64,000 bases of DNA from the NCBI GenBank assembly GCA_903922465.1, contig CAIXTV010000067.1, forward strand, positions 216 through 64,215, written 5' to 3'. The notes under the pieces are model-generated. The model had not been told where the DNA came from, did no database searches, and was given only the letters and a program-made list of their open reading frames with translations. Position 1 is the stretch's first letter. Every line of letters starts with the position of its first letter. This document shows, in pieces, positions 40,840 through 50,958 of the stretch. This DNA is from an uncultured bacterium (lineage in GTDB: Bacteria; Bacteroidota; Bacteroidia; Bacteroidales; CAIXTV01). The translations under genes were made by a program, and so were the position numbers.

Positions 40840-43254
40840 TTAATATATTGAAGGAAATTGGTTGGGATTATATTCATGCATCATTTTGTAAACAGCATCA
40901 AAAACATCTTCGGCATTAGGATTCGAAAAGTAGTCGCCATCAGTTCCATAAGCTGCCCGATGGGCTTTGCCTGTGAGGGTTTTAGGTGCAGCATCCAAAA
41001 AGTCAAACCCGTTTTGTATCTCCAGCACTTGATGCATCATAAAGGCAGTGGCACCGCCGGGCACATCTTCATCGAAAAACATAATTTTATTTGTTTTCTT
41101 TAGCGATTCAAGAATACTATGGTTCAAATCAAAAGGCAAGAGGGTTTGAACATCAATCAATTCTGCCGAAATACCGAACTCTTTGAGTTGTGTTAAAGCG
41201 TCCTGGGCAATTCTCACGCAAGAGCCATAAGTAACAATAGTAATATCGGTACCTTCTGCAATTATTTCAGGAACTCCAAGCGGAATGCGGAAGTTACCAA
41301 TATTAAGCGGGAGTTTTTCTCGCAGTCGGTATGCATTCAATGGTTCAATAATTAAAGCAGGATCATCGGAAGCGAGCATGGTATTATAAAAACCTGCTGC
41401 CTGCGTCATATTACGAGGAACCAAAACATATACCCCCCTAATAGAATTTATCACCATACTTAATGGGGATCCCGAATGCCAAATGCCTTCGAGGCGATGC
41501 CCGCGGGTAGAAATTATCATTGGAGCCATTTGTCCGTTTCGTGTACGATAGCGCAGTGTAGCCAGATCGTCGCTGATTACCTGTAATCCATATAATAAAT
41601 AATCGAAATACTGAATTTCGGCAATGGGACGGAATCCACGAATGGCTAAACCCAGGGCTTGTCCAATAATGGTTGCTTCGCGAATGCCGGTATCAAAAAT
41701 GCGGTTTTCGCTATATTTCTTTTGCAAACCTTCCATGGTTTGATTTACTCCTCCAATTAAACCCACATCTTCTCCAAAAGCAACCAATAAAGGATTATCT
41801 TCAAATAATTTATCGAAATTCAAATTCAAGACCTCCCGGCCTGTTACTAAAGGCGATTTGTTATCATATAATGGGGGAACCGATGCAATGCGCAGCGCAC
41901 TTCTTTCTGTTTCGCAATACAGGTGTGAACTGTAGCGGAAAATATCTTCATCAATTTCCTTATTCAACCATAAGGTGACATTTTTCTTTAGAGACTTCTC
42001 TGGACTACAAGTATTGCAAATCAAGCGTAGGATTTTCTTTGCAGATGAAACCACATCTTTCCTTACAGGTTCGGCAATAGCATTGAGCTCAGCCATCAGG
42101 GTTTCAATTTTTCCGGTTTTCTTACATTTGCACGTACTGATGTTTACCAATTCCTTCAACTCTTCTCTTTTCTTAAGAATGGGGGTGAGATAATGTGACC
42201 ATGCCGCTTTTTTTGCAGACTTTATGGTTTCTATTGCATTCTTTTCAATTAGTTCAAGTTCATTTTCTTTTGCAATACCATTGGTAAGTATCCAGTTTTT
42301 AAAATGCAATAAACAATCATTATTCTTTTCCCATTCCAATAAGTCTGCCGACTTATATCTTTCATGTGAACCGGATGTGGAATGCCCCTGAGGTTGTGTA
42401 AGTTCATCTATATGAAACAACACAGGAATATGTTCTTTCCTGCATTTTTCAATTCCTTCGCGATAGGCGTGTATTAAATTAGGATAATCCCATCCTTTGA
42501 TTTTGTAAATATAAAAGCCCTCACCTTTCTCGTTTATTTCGAAACCCTTAAGTATTTCAGAGATACTTTGTTTTGTGGTTTGGTATTTCTTGGCTACAGA
42601 GATTCCCCAACCATCGTCCCACACCGAAATGGCTAAAGGAACTTTCAACACCCCTGCTGCATTAATGGTTTCGAAAAAATGTCCTTCCGAAGTACTGGCA
42701 TCGCCAATAGTGCCGAAAGCTACTTCATTTCCGTTGATTGAAAAATCAGTTTTAGAAGATAATTCCTTATTATTTTTATATAGTTTTGATGCCAATGCCA
42801 GACCTAATAATCTCGGCATTTGTCCGGCCGTAGGCGATATATCAGCGGAAACATTCTTCACCTCCATAGTGTTTTTCCAATTGCCATTTTCATCCAGTAT
42901 TCTTGTGGCAAAGTGGTTATTCATCATTCGGCCACCATTTGAAGAATTGGAATGTATATCTGTATCGCCATAAAGCAATGCAAAAAAACCTTCCCACGAA
43001 AGTAATCCTGCTGCATTCATAAAAGTTTGATCGCGGTAATATCCCGAACGCCAATCGCCCTTTTGAAACACTTTCGACATGACCAATTGAGGGAGTTCCT
43101 TCCCGTCACCAAATATTCCGAATTTTGCCTTTCCCGTTAGGACTTCTTTTCTGCCCAATATGCTTGCCTGCCGGCTTTCCCATGCAATTTGGTAATCGGT
43201 CAATACTTCTTCCTTTGTGAGTTGAAGCGAAAGTAATGTAGCGTTTTCCGCCAT
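40840..43254 (-). CDS. 2-oxoacid (2-oxoisovalerate) dehydrogenase E1, fused alpha/beta
   Basis: GDASTSEG TPP motif, GHSTSGS, GEDVG, DTGIREATI, AEIQY. Confidence 0.88.
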   Translation of the reverse strand: MAENATLLSLQLTKEEVLTDYQIAWESRQASILGRKEVLTGKAKFGIFGDGKELPQLVMSKVFQKGDWRSGYYRDQTFMNAAGLLSWEGFFALLYGDTDIHSNSSNGGRMMNNHFATRILDENGNWKNTMEVKNVSADISPTAGQMPRLLGLALASKLYKNNKELSSKTDFSINGNEVAFGTIGDASTSEGHFFETINAAGVLKVPLAISVWDDGWGISVAKKYQTTKQSISEILKGFEINEKGEGFYIYKIKGWDYPNLIHAYREGIEKCRKEHIPVLFHIDELTQPQGHSTSGSHERYKSADLLEWEKNNDCLLHFKNWILTNGIAKENELELIEKNAIETIKSAKKAAWSHYLTPILKKREELKELVNISTCKCKKTGKIETLMAELNAIAEPVRKDVVSSAKKILRLICNTCSPEKSLKKNVTLWLNKEIDEDIFRYSSHLYCETERSALRIASVPPLYDNKSPLVTGREVLNLNFDKLFEDNPLLVAFGEDVGLIGGVNQTMEGLQKKYSENRIFDTGIREATIIGQALGLAIRGFRPIAEIQYFDYLLYGLQVISDDLATLRYRTRNGQMAPMIISTRGHRLEGIWHSGSPLSMVINSIRGVYVLVPRNMTQAAGFYNTMLASDDPALIIEPLNAYRLREKLPLNIGNFRIPLGVPEIIAEGTDITIVTYGSCVRIAQDALTQLKEFGISAELIDVQTLLPFDLNHSILESLKKTNKIMFFDEDVPGGATAFMMHQVLEIQNGFDFLDAAPKTLTGKAHRAAYGTDGDYFSNPNAEDVFDAVYKMMHEYNPNQFPSIY

Positions 43255-43380
43255 AAAATAGTATTTGTTAAACGTATTTGCGAGTTGCCATACAAAGATA
43301 ATACATTCACGGAATTTCAGGCAAAATGCCGGTATTTATTTTGTGAAATCTGCTTTCTTTATTTTATTAAGAACGGCTAT

Positions 43381-43833
43381 TTACTCTTTTTGTTTAGTAT
43401 CGATAAAAATAGTTACAGGTCCATCATTGATGAGTTTCACCTGCATCATGGCTCCGAATTCCCCTGTTTTAACAGATAAACCACTGCTCACTTTCATTTG
43501 TTTAATAAAGGATTCATACAATGGGATCGCAATGTCGGGTTTTGCCGAACGAATGTAGGAGGGGCGGTTGCCTTTCTTTGTAGAGGCATGTAAGGTAAAC
43601 TGACTAACTACCAATATTTCACCCTTAACATCTCTAACCGATACATTCATCACCCCTTCAGCATCATTAAAAATCCTGAGTTGTGATATCTTGGCACAAA
43701 GCCATTCAATATCTTCAAAAGTATCGGCTTCTTCAATTCCCAACAACACAAGCAAGCCCTTTCCTATTGAAGCTGTTAGTTGCTCATGAATACTAACAGA
43801 TGCTTCCGAAACCCTTTGAATAATGGCTCTCAT
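43381..43833 (-). CDS. dtd: D-aminoacyl-tRNA deacylase
   Basis: MRAIIQRV, SQFTL, KGNRPS, NDGPVT. Confidence 0.96.
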   Translation of the reverse strand: MRAIIQRVSEASVSIHEQLTASIGKGLLVLLGIEEADTFEDIEWLCAKISQLRIFNDAEGVMNVSVRDVKGEILVVSQFTLHASTKKGNRPSYIRSAKPDIAIPLYESFIKQMKVSSGLSVKTGEFGAMMQVKLINDGPVTIFIDTKQKE

Positions 43834-43836
43834 TTT

Positions 43837-44784
43837 TCAATCCCATTCGTTTTCGTTAAAGTACTCATCTTTCATAATTCCAATATAATTTGAATAGCGC
43901 GAAACACTTATTTCACCACTTTTCAATGCTTCTTTCACAGCACAGCGGGGCTCATGCTGATGAGTGCAGTTATAATACTGACATTTTGAAAGCAATTCTT
44001 TCATTTCGGGGAAATACAAAGCCACTTCTTCCTTCAGAAAATCAATTAACCCGAACTCTTTTATGCCGGGAGTATCGATGATAAAACCCCCGTTGGCTAT
44101 TTCGTGCATCTCGGCAAAAGTAGTAGTGTGTATGCCTTTTTTGTGATAGGCAGAAATATTCTCCACCTTGAGTTGAAACTTGGGGTCAATGGCATTTATC
44201 AAACTTGATTTCCCCACCCCTGAGTGACCCGAAAACAAATTTATTTTCCCCTTCAGTTCTTCACATAATTCCTCAATATCCTCAGGGTCGAAAGAAGAAA
44301 TGATTTTACCCGGGTAGCCGATTCCTTCATACATTGCCAGAAGTTCTCTTGCAGAGGTGAATTGTTCTTCAGTAAGCAGGTCTTTTTTATTAATTAGAAT
44401 AGTTGCAGGAATATGATATGCCTCGGCAGTAACCAAAAAGCGGTCGATAAAACCGCTTGAAGTGCGGGGTTGGGCAATGGTGGCTATTAAATACGCTTTA
44501 TCAATATTTGCTGCCAACACATGGGTGCTTTTGGAAAGATTGGTGGCTTTCCGGATGATATAATTGAAGCGTTCCTTAATTTCGCTAATCTGACCCACCC
44601 CATCAGGCATAATGGTGAATTCAACCCTGTCGCCCACAGCAATGGGGTTGGTGGCTTTAATTCCTTGTATTTTAAACTTTCCCTTCAGGCGGCATTCTAA
44701 CTTTGTACCATCAGCGTTTCTGACAGTATAGCTGCTCCCCATTGATTTGATGACTAAGCCTTCCAAACAGTTATCTTTAAACAA
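43837..44784 (-). CDS. rsgA: Ribosome small subunit-dependent GTPase A
   Basis: NKKD, GHSGVGKSS, HTTT, DTPG, CQYYNCTH..EP.C. Confidence 0.95.
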   Translation of the reverse strand: MFKDNCLEGLVIKSMGSSYTVRNADGTKLECRLKGKFKIQGIKATNPIAVGDRVEFTIMPDGVGQISEIKERFNYIIRKATNLSKSTHVLAANIDKAYLIATIAQPRTSSGFIDRFLVTAEAYHIPATILINKKDLLTEEQFTSARELLAMYEGIGYPGKIISSFDPEDIEELCEELKGKINLFSGHSGVGKSSLINAIDPKFQLKVENISAYHKKGIHTTTFAEMHEIANGGFIIDTPGIKEFGLIDFLKEEVALYFPEMKELLSKCQYYNCTHQHEPRCAVKEALKSGEISVSRYSNYIGIMKDEYFNENEWD

Positions 44785-45046
44785 TTTGATAATGTTTTCG
44801 AATAGGAGAAATAATCTCCCACGAACATTTTAAGCCTTCAGGAAAAGTTACAAAATCTCCTTCTTTAATAACAAAAATTCCTTTAGCGGTTTTGATTTTT
44901 GCTTCTCCGCTCAAAATTAAACATTGTTCTTCTTCGTCATATAATTCCATAAAATGGGATTTCCCCTTTTTCCAAATGGGCCACTGACGGATGTTTCGCT
45001 TTAGAATTTCTTCTTCGCTAAGCTTTTCAATTAGGATTGATGGCAT
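44777..45046 (-). CDS. Cupin_3 (DUF861-like) protein
   Basis: WPIW, EEQCLILSG, GDFVTFPEG..C.W, IRKHY. Confidence 0.8.
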   Translation of the reverse strand: MPSILIEKLSEEEILKRNIRQWPIWKKGKSHFMELYDEEEQCLILSGEAKIKTAKGIFVIKEGDFVTFPEGLKCSWEIISPIRKHYQIV

Positions 45047-45204
45047 ATTTTATTTGTTTGGGGTATATATATATAAATAACGCACAAGAAAGCATCTTTA
45101 TAAACTGAGGTTTGAAAACCTGAAATTAAAAAGTAAAAAGAAACCTTTTATTTTTAATTCATTTAAGGCAAAAGTTCTATTTTTAACAAGGACAATCATG
45201 AAGA

Positions 45205-45948
45205 TTATATTTTACTGTTAATCAGCGGATTTGTGCTAAGAAGCAACTCAAAAGCTTTAGTTTTAACAGCAATCTTAAGTCCTTCAAGGTAATTTACATT
45301 ATGCATATCTGTCCCAGCAAGGTCATAAAACCTGAGTTTTACCAATTGTTCTGCCATTTTTCTTACTACGGTATCGTAATAACCACCCAAAGAATTAATG
45401 TTAAGTTGAAGTAGCACTCCCCTGTCTTTAAGTTCTTCAAATTTTTTAATTTGATTAAACCAATATGAATATCGTTCAGGATGCGCAAGAATTACTTTAT
45501 AACCTTCTAGTTGAAGGTTGAATATCACAGTAGTAAGGTTGGGATAAGGCATAAAATATGATAGTTCAACAAGTATATATTTATCACCAAAATATAATAA
45601 TTCATGGTTTTCTAATTTTTCTTCAAACCCCTCATCTATAAGGTATTCGGCGGCAGCTTCTATTTCAATGTCAATATTGGCAAGTTTAAGGGCAATTTTC
45701 AACTCGTCCAAGCCTTTTTTGATAATTTGAGGGGTGTTTTTAAAAAATTCAGCTTGAATATGAGGGGTGGTAATAAGTTTTTGATATCCCATTTCCTTCA
45801 TTGCTCTTATTAGGCTCAACGACTCTTCAATGGATTTCACACCATCATCAATTCCTGGGATAAAGTGTGAGTGCATATCCATTTTAAGAAGCGAGAGATC
45901 AATCGGGGTTTCAGGCTTTGAAGAAAATAATTTGTTGAAAAATCCCAT
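45205..45948 (-). CDS. CpsB/CapC-type PHP tyrosine-protein phosphatase
   Basis: DMHSHFIPGIDDG, TTPH, LAHPERY, GTDMH. Confidence 0.9.
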   Translation of the reverse strand: MGFFNKLFSSKPETPIDLSLLKMDMHSHFIPGIDDGVKSIEESLSLIRAMKEMGYQKLITTPHIQAEFFKNTPQIIKKGLDELKIALKLANIDIEIEAAAEYLIDEGFEEKLENHELLYFGDKYILVELSYFMPYPNLTTVIFNLQLEGYKVILAHPERYSYWFNQIKKFEELKDRGVLLQLNINSLGGYYDTVVRKMAEQLVKLRFYDLAGTDMHNVNYLEGLKIAVKTKAFELLLSTNPLINSKI

Positions 45949-45953
45949 TGGGT

Positions 45954-47009
45954 TTATCTTTTTATATATTGCTGTTCATAGTAGGATTGATATGCACCAG
46001 AGGTAACATTGTCAAGCCAAGGTTCATTGTTCAAATACCATTCAACAGTTAAGTTGAGTCCTTGTTCAAATTGGAGGGAAGGCTCCCAGTTTAATTCGGT
46101 TTTAATTTTACTTGCATCAATAGCATAACGCATATCATGTCCAGCACGATCTTTTACAAAAGTAATAAGTGATTCGGATGTACCATCTTTTCTGTTCAAA
46201 TGCTTATCCATTAATTTACATAAAAGCATAATCAAATCGATGTTTTTCCATTCGTTGTTTCCCCCAATATTGTAAGTTTCTCCAGTAATTCCTTTATGAA
46301 AGATTAGATCTATTGCCTTAGCGTGATCAACAACATAGAGCCAGTCCCGTATATTTTCGCCTTTTCCATATACAGGAACAGCTTTCATATTCTTGATATT
46401 ATGAATAGCCAATGGTATCAGTTTTTCTGGAAACTGATAAGAACCATAGTTGTTAGAACAATTTGAAAGAACAACAGGTAGCTTATATGTGTGATAAAAT
46501 GCTCGTACCAAATGATCTGCGCTGGCTTTTGATGCAGAATAAGGGCTACGAGGTGAGTATGCGGTTGATTCAGTAAAGAAACCTTCATTTCCTAAAGAGC
46601 CATACACTTCATCCGTTGAAATAAAATATAGAAGCTTATTTTCAAAATCTTCTTTCCATTGTTTGCGAGCAGCATTCAATAAATTTACAGTCCCAATGAT
46701 ATTTGTAAAAATAAATTCATTAGGATTACTTATTGAGCGGTCAACATGTGATTCGGCGGCTAAATGGATGATTCCATCAAAACGATATTTTTCAAATAGA
46801 CACTCAATATATGCCTCGTCAACGATATCGCCTTTTTCGAAAACATAATTTGGAGAATCTTCAATATCTGTGATATTTAAAAGATTTCCAGCATAAGTAA
46901 GCTTATCCAAGTTCACGATTAAGTAATCTGGATATTTTTGAACAAATAGGCGAACGACATGGGAGCCAATAAAACCGGCGCCTCCTGTAATTAAAATTGT
47001 TTTTTTCAT
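45954..47009 (-). CDS. rfbB: dTDP-glucose 4,6-dehydratase
   Basis: TGGAGFIGS, DKLTYAGN, AAESHVDRS, STDEVYG, YSASK. Confidence 0.95.
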   Translation of the reverse strand: MKKTILITGGAGFIGSHVVRLFVQKYPDYLIVNLDKLTYAGNLLNITDIEDSPNYVFEKGDIVDEAYIECLFEKYRFDGIIHLAAESHVDRSISNPNEFIFTNIIGTVNLLNAARKQWKEDFENKLLYFISTDEVYGSLGNEGFFTESTAYSPRSPYSASKASADHLVRAFYHTYKLPVVLSNCSNNYGSYQFPEKLIPLAIHNIKNMKAVPVYGKGENIRDWLYVVDHAKAIDLIFHKGITGETYNIGGNNEWKNIDLIMLLCKLMDKHLNRKDGTSESLITFVKDRAGHDMRYAIDASKIKTELNWEPSLQFEQGLNLTVEWYLNNEPWLDNVTSGAYQSYYEQQYIKR

Positions 47010-47012
47010 AAA

Positions 47013-48005
47013 TTAATCAATTGGATAATAGACTTTTGTTAGCCATTTATTGGTGTCAGGTTCGGTTTTAGGGTCTGTAATATATACTTCCCAAGGAGAA
47101 CCAGTAACTTTTCTTTTTTGTTTAGCAACCCATTTATCAATTGCTTCGTGTGCAATGCCTGACCTTTCGTATGCACCGTAATAGTCAGCAACTACAACTT
47201 TGCCCCCTTTTAATTCATGGCACTTCACTTTCCCTGTTAATAAAATTCGTTTATCAATAGGAATAGCTGCTTCAAACACCACTTTCTCTGGCGAATAATT
47301 TAGGTAAATAGCAAATGGAGGGTTCGAAATCTTACATTTATTTTTCTCTGCAACAGCCATAATTCCAGCATATAACCCATTGAATTTCTCACCCAATTCT
47401 TTATCACTACATGAGTCTGAAATACCAAGATAATAGTAGGAAGTAAAGGTTGTTTCTTCTATTTTAAGCTTTGGCAAAGACTCGCATAAGCTTTTTAATT
47501 TGGAGAGTCCTTTATCATAGTCATTACCAATAAATTTATCCATAAATAAGCCAAAATACTTTGCAATAGGGTTAAAACCCAAATCAAGCTTCATCCACCA
47601 GCTAACGTTTACATTTGTGTCGTTTTGGGTAAAGTTGAACCCCGCTTTGGCATTATTTTTATCTCCGAAATTGATATTCATTTCAATTATATCGAATGGC
47701 TTCGATTCAGTAATTTCTAACCCTCCATTACCAACCTTACTATTCTTACTTTCCCAATGATAAGAAGCCCCTTTACCTGAAGCAATTTCGTTGAAACTTA
47801 GTTTCATCGAAGTATCAATCTTAAACCAAGGTGACCACTTACCCCAATTTGATAAAGTATTAATTTGTTCGAAAATGGCTTCTTTTGAAGAAACGATTGT
47901 TATTTTACGTACAACATAAACTTGTGAAGGAAGAAAGAAAGAAACGACAACCAACAATACTAAAAAAATGGCTAATCCTATAAAAATCCTCTTAATTGAT
48001 TTCAT
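47013..48005 (-). CDS. SRPBCC (polyketide cyclase-like) + GyrI-like domain protein
   Basis: N-terminal anchor, W..WSPW, DYDKGL..LK; C-terminal PWEVYITDP...W.TKVYYP. Confidence 0.8.
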   Translation of the reverse strand: MKSIKRIFIGLAIFLVLLVVVSFFLPSQVYVVRKITIVSSKEAIFEQINTLSNWGKWSPWFKIDTSMKLSFNEIASGKGASYHWESKNSKVGNGGLEITESKPFDIIEMNINFGDKNNAKAGFNFTQNDTNVNVSWWMKLDLGFNPIAKYFGLFMDKFIGNDYDKGLSKLKSLCESLPKLKIEETTFTSYYYLGISDSCSDKELGEKFNGLYAGIMAVAEKNKCKISNPPFAIYLNYSPEKVVFEAAIPIDKRILLTGKVKCHELKGGKVVVADYYGAYERSGIAHEAIDKWVAKQKRKVTGSPWEVYITDPKTEPDTNKWLTKVYYPID

Positions 48006-48111
48006 GATTTTTTTCTTTAAAATATTTTGCTAATTTACAAAATATTTTGTTTGGGAATCTTTTTCTCTTTTCTCAAAGGAAATAAAAACACCCAATAATC
48101 ATTGGTAGTTA

Positions 48112-49407
48112 TTATAAACTCCAATAGGTGTGGTTTTTAATTTTGCCCCTATAAATTCCTTTAACATCAACAATAATAGCTTTTTCTGATGTTATTGTTG
48201 AGAAGTAATTCTCGTCTAATTCTAAGTATGGTTGATGATTAACGGCAATAATAACGGCATCATAATCTTTTCCGATATTTTCAATCAATTCAAATCCATA
48301 CTCGTGTTTAAGTTCTTTTGAGGAAGCATAAGGATCAACAACTTCAACATGAATGCCATAGGATTTTAATTCGCTGATTACGTCTGCAACCCTTGAATTG
48401 CGAATATCGCTGACATCTTCTTTAAAGGTAGCACCCATCACCAATACTTTTGCATTTAAAACATTCAAGCCAGCTGAAATAATTTTCTTTACGGTTTGCT
48501 TTGCAACATAAAACCCCATAGAGTCGTTTACAAAACGTCCTGAATTGATAATTTGCGCATGATAACGGAATTCTTTAGCTTTATAAGTTAGATAATAAGG
48601 ATCTACGCCAATGCAATGGCCACCAACAAGACCTGGAAAGAATTTAAGGAAATTCCATTTGGTGCCTGCTGCTTCGAGAACCTCATAGGTGTTAATTCCC
48701 ATTCGGTTGAAGATAATTGAAAGTTCGTTCATCAAAGCTATGTTGACATCGCGTTGTGTGTTTTCGATTATCTTAGCAGATTCAGCTACTTTAATAGAGG
48801 AAGCACGATGCACGCCCGCTTTTACTACCAATTCATATACTTTTGCTACTATGTCCAATGATTCATCGTCACAACCGGAAACTACTTTGGTTATGGTAGT
48901 AATTGTATGTTCCTTATCGCCTGGGTTTATTCTTTCAGGAGAGAAGCCAACTTTAAAATCTTTAACGAATTTTAAACCTGAAAGTTCTTCAAGGATGGGG
49001 ATACAATCTTCTTCGGTACATCCTGGATAAACAGTGCTTTCATACACAACATAGTCTCCTCTTTTTAACACTTTGCCAACGGTGCGGGTTGCAGCAAGTA
49101 GTGGGGTGAGATCGGGAAGATTATGATCATCAATAGGAGTTGGAACAGCTACAATATGAAAGGTTGCATCTTTAAGATCTTCAAGCTTGGCTGTAAACAA
49201 TATATCGCAATTGTCAAATGCTTCTGAGGTCAGTTCTTCGCTTGGGTCAATATGATTTCTCATCATTTCCACACGGTCTTCTTTAATATCAAAACCGACT
49301 ACTTTGATTTTTTTAGCAAATTCAAGTGCGATGGGTAAGCCAACATATCCTAATCCGATAACTGATAATTTTGTTTGTTTGTTAATGAGTTGTTCGTAGA
49401 GATTCAT
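48112..49407 (-). CDS. UDP-N-acetylhexosamine 6-dehydrogenase (WbpA/WbpO/TviB family)
   Basis: GLGYVGLP, YESTVYPG, SPERINPG, GGHCIGVDPYY. Confidence 0.9.
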   Translation of the reverse strand: MNLYEQLINKQTKLSVIGLGYVGLPIALEFAKKIKVVGFDIKEDRVEMMRNHIDPSEELTSEAFDNCDILFTAKLEDLKDATFHIVAVPTPIDDHNLPDLTPLLAATRTVGKVLKRGDYVVYESTVYPGCTEEDCIPILEELSGLKFVKDFKVGFSPERINPGDKEHTITTITKVVSGCDDESLDIVAKVYELVVKAGVHRASSIKVAESAKIIENTQRDVNIALMNELSIIFNRMGINTYEVLEAAGTKWNFLKFFPGLVGGHCIGVDPYYLTYKAKEFRYHAQIINSGRFVNDSMGFYVAKQTVKKIISAGLNVLNAKVLVMGATFKEDVSDIRNSRVADVISELKSYGIHVEVVDPYASSKELKHEYGFELIENIGKDYDAVIIAVNHQPYLELDENYFSTITSEKAIIVDVKGIYRGKIKNHTYWSL

Positions 49408-49417
49408 AGTGAATGAT

Positions 49418-50374
49418 TTAAATGGTTTTTAATATTGGATGATAATCGCCAATTAGGCCTATAGGTTCTGCGTTTCTTATTTGAAAAACTGTTTCAATGC
49501 TCTTTCGAGCATCTTCCAATCCGTATCCATTACCCGAAAGAATGTGCTGATAACTCAGGGTATGCAAATCAGTAAATCCATCGCTGAATTCAATTTCCTG
49601 ATTTTCTATTTTAATAGATCTGAAAGTTCGTTGGTTTCTTTGTTTTGCTTCCTCAGGTAGATTATTTGCATCAATTGACAAAAACCATCTAACACGAGCT
49701 TTTTTAAGCATCATAAAACCTGCTGCTGATTGAGGTGTAGACAAATGTACTTTACTTTCTTTCATCTCTCCAAATATCCATTCGAGCATGTCGAAGAAAT
49801 GAACACCAATATTGGTAGCAACTCCACCTGATTTGCTCATATCGCCTTTCCAAGATGTAAAGTACCAACTCCCTCTAGAAGTGATATAGGTTAAATCGAT
49901 ATCAAAAATCTTATCGGCAGGGGCTTTTTCAACTTCTTCTTTCAATTTCATTATTGATGGGTGAAGTCTTAATTGCAAAATGGTAAATATCTGTTTGTTT
50001 GATTCCTTCTCAATGGTTTGTAAGGCATCAATATTCCATGGATTTAATACTATCGGTTTTTCACATATAGCATAAGCGTCATTTCTCAAAGCAAGGCGTA
50101 TGTGGGAATCGTGAAGATAATTGGGCGAACAAATGCTTACGAAGTCAATTTTATATTCACCTTTTCGTCTTAGTTTATCTAAATGACGATCGAAACGTTC
50201 AGGTTCGAGGAAAAAAGAAGCTTGTGGAAAATAAGAATCAATAATTCCAATACTATCGAATTTATCAAGTGCAGAAACTAGGTTATTCTTTGTTTCTTTA
50301 ATCGCTTTCATATGGCGCGGGGCAATATAACCTGCGGCACCTATCAAGGCAAAATTGTATTTATCGTTTATCAT
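49418..50374 (-). CDS. wbpB: UDP-GlcNAcA 3-dehydrogenase (Gfo/Idh/MocA family)
   Basis: GAAGYIAPRH, CSPNYLHD, CEKP, TNIGVHFFD, FTDLHT; ATG 50374 follows stop of upstream gene. Confidence 0.88.
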   Translation of the reverse strand: MINDKYNFALIGAAGYIAPRHMKAIKETKNNLVSALDKFDSIGIIDSYFPQASFFLEPERFDRHLDKLRRKGEYKIDFVSICSPNYLHDSHIRLALRNDAYAICEKPIVLNPWNIDALQTIEKESNKQIFTILQLRLHPSIMKLKEEVEKAPADKIFDIDLTYITSRGSWYFTSWKGDMSKSGGVATNIGVHFFDMLEWIFGEMKESKVHLSTPQSAAGFMMLKKARVRWFLSIDANNLPEEAKQRNQRTFRSIKIENQEIEFSDGFTDLHTLSYQHILSGNGYGLEDARKSIETVFQIRNAEPIGLIGDYHPILKTI

Positions 50375-50376
50375 TT

Positions 50377-50958
50377 TTATCCAATTTTTGTTACACAATT
50401 ATCTTTTAAAAGATATTTTTCTTTGCTTTCGGGACATTCTGCAATGCCCTCTTCCTTGAATTGAAGACGATGACCATATTCGCTCATCCAACCCGACTGA
50501 CGTGCAGGATTCCCAATCATCAATGCATAGGCAGGGACTTCTTTTGTTATCACTGCTCCGGCTCCGATGAAAGCAAACTCACCTATTTCGTGGCCACAAA
50601 CTATAGTAGCATTGGCACCAATGCTCACTCCTTTTCTAACTATGGTTTTAGAATATTGGCTTTTGCGATTAACAGCGCTGCGAGGATTGATGACATTGGT
50701 GAAAACCATAGATGGTCCCAGAAACACATCATCTTCACATATAACTCCTGTGTATATTGAAACATTGTTCTGTATCTTTACATTACTTCCTAAAATAACT
50801 TCGGGTGAAATGACAACATTTTGACCAATATTACAGTTTTCACCAATAACACAATTGCTCATTACATGCGAAAAATGCCATATTTTGGTTCCTTTGCCTA
50901 TTTTGCATCCTTCGTCGATATAGGATGATTCGTGAGCAAAATATTCTTTTTCCATCAT
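50377..50958 (-). CDS. wbpD: UDP-GlcNAc(3NH2)A N-acetyltransferase (hexapeptide repeat)
   Basis: KIWHFSH, GQNV, KIQNNVS, FTNVINPR, GNPAR. Confidence 0.86.
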   Translation of the reverse strand: MMEKEYFAHESSYIDEGCKIGKGTKIWHFSHVMSNCVIGENCNIGQNVVISPEVILGSNVKIQNNVSIYTGVICEDDVFLGPSMVFTNVINPRSAVNRKSQYSKTIVRKGVSIGANATIVCGHEIGEFAFIGAGAVITKEVPAYALMIGNPARQSGWMSEYGHRLQFKEEGIAECPESKEKYLLKDNCVTKIG

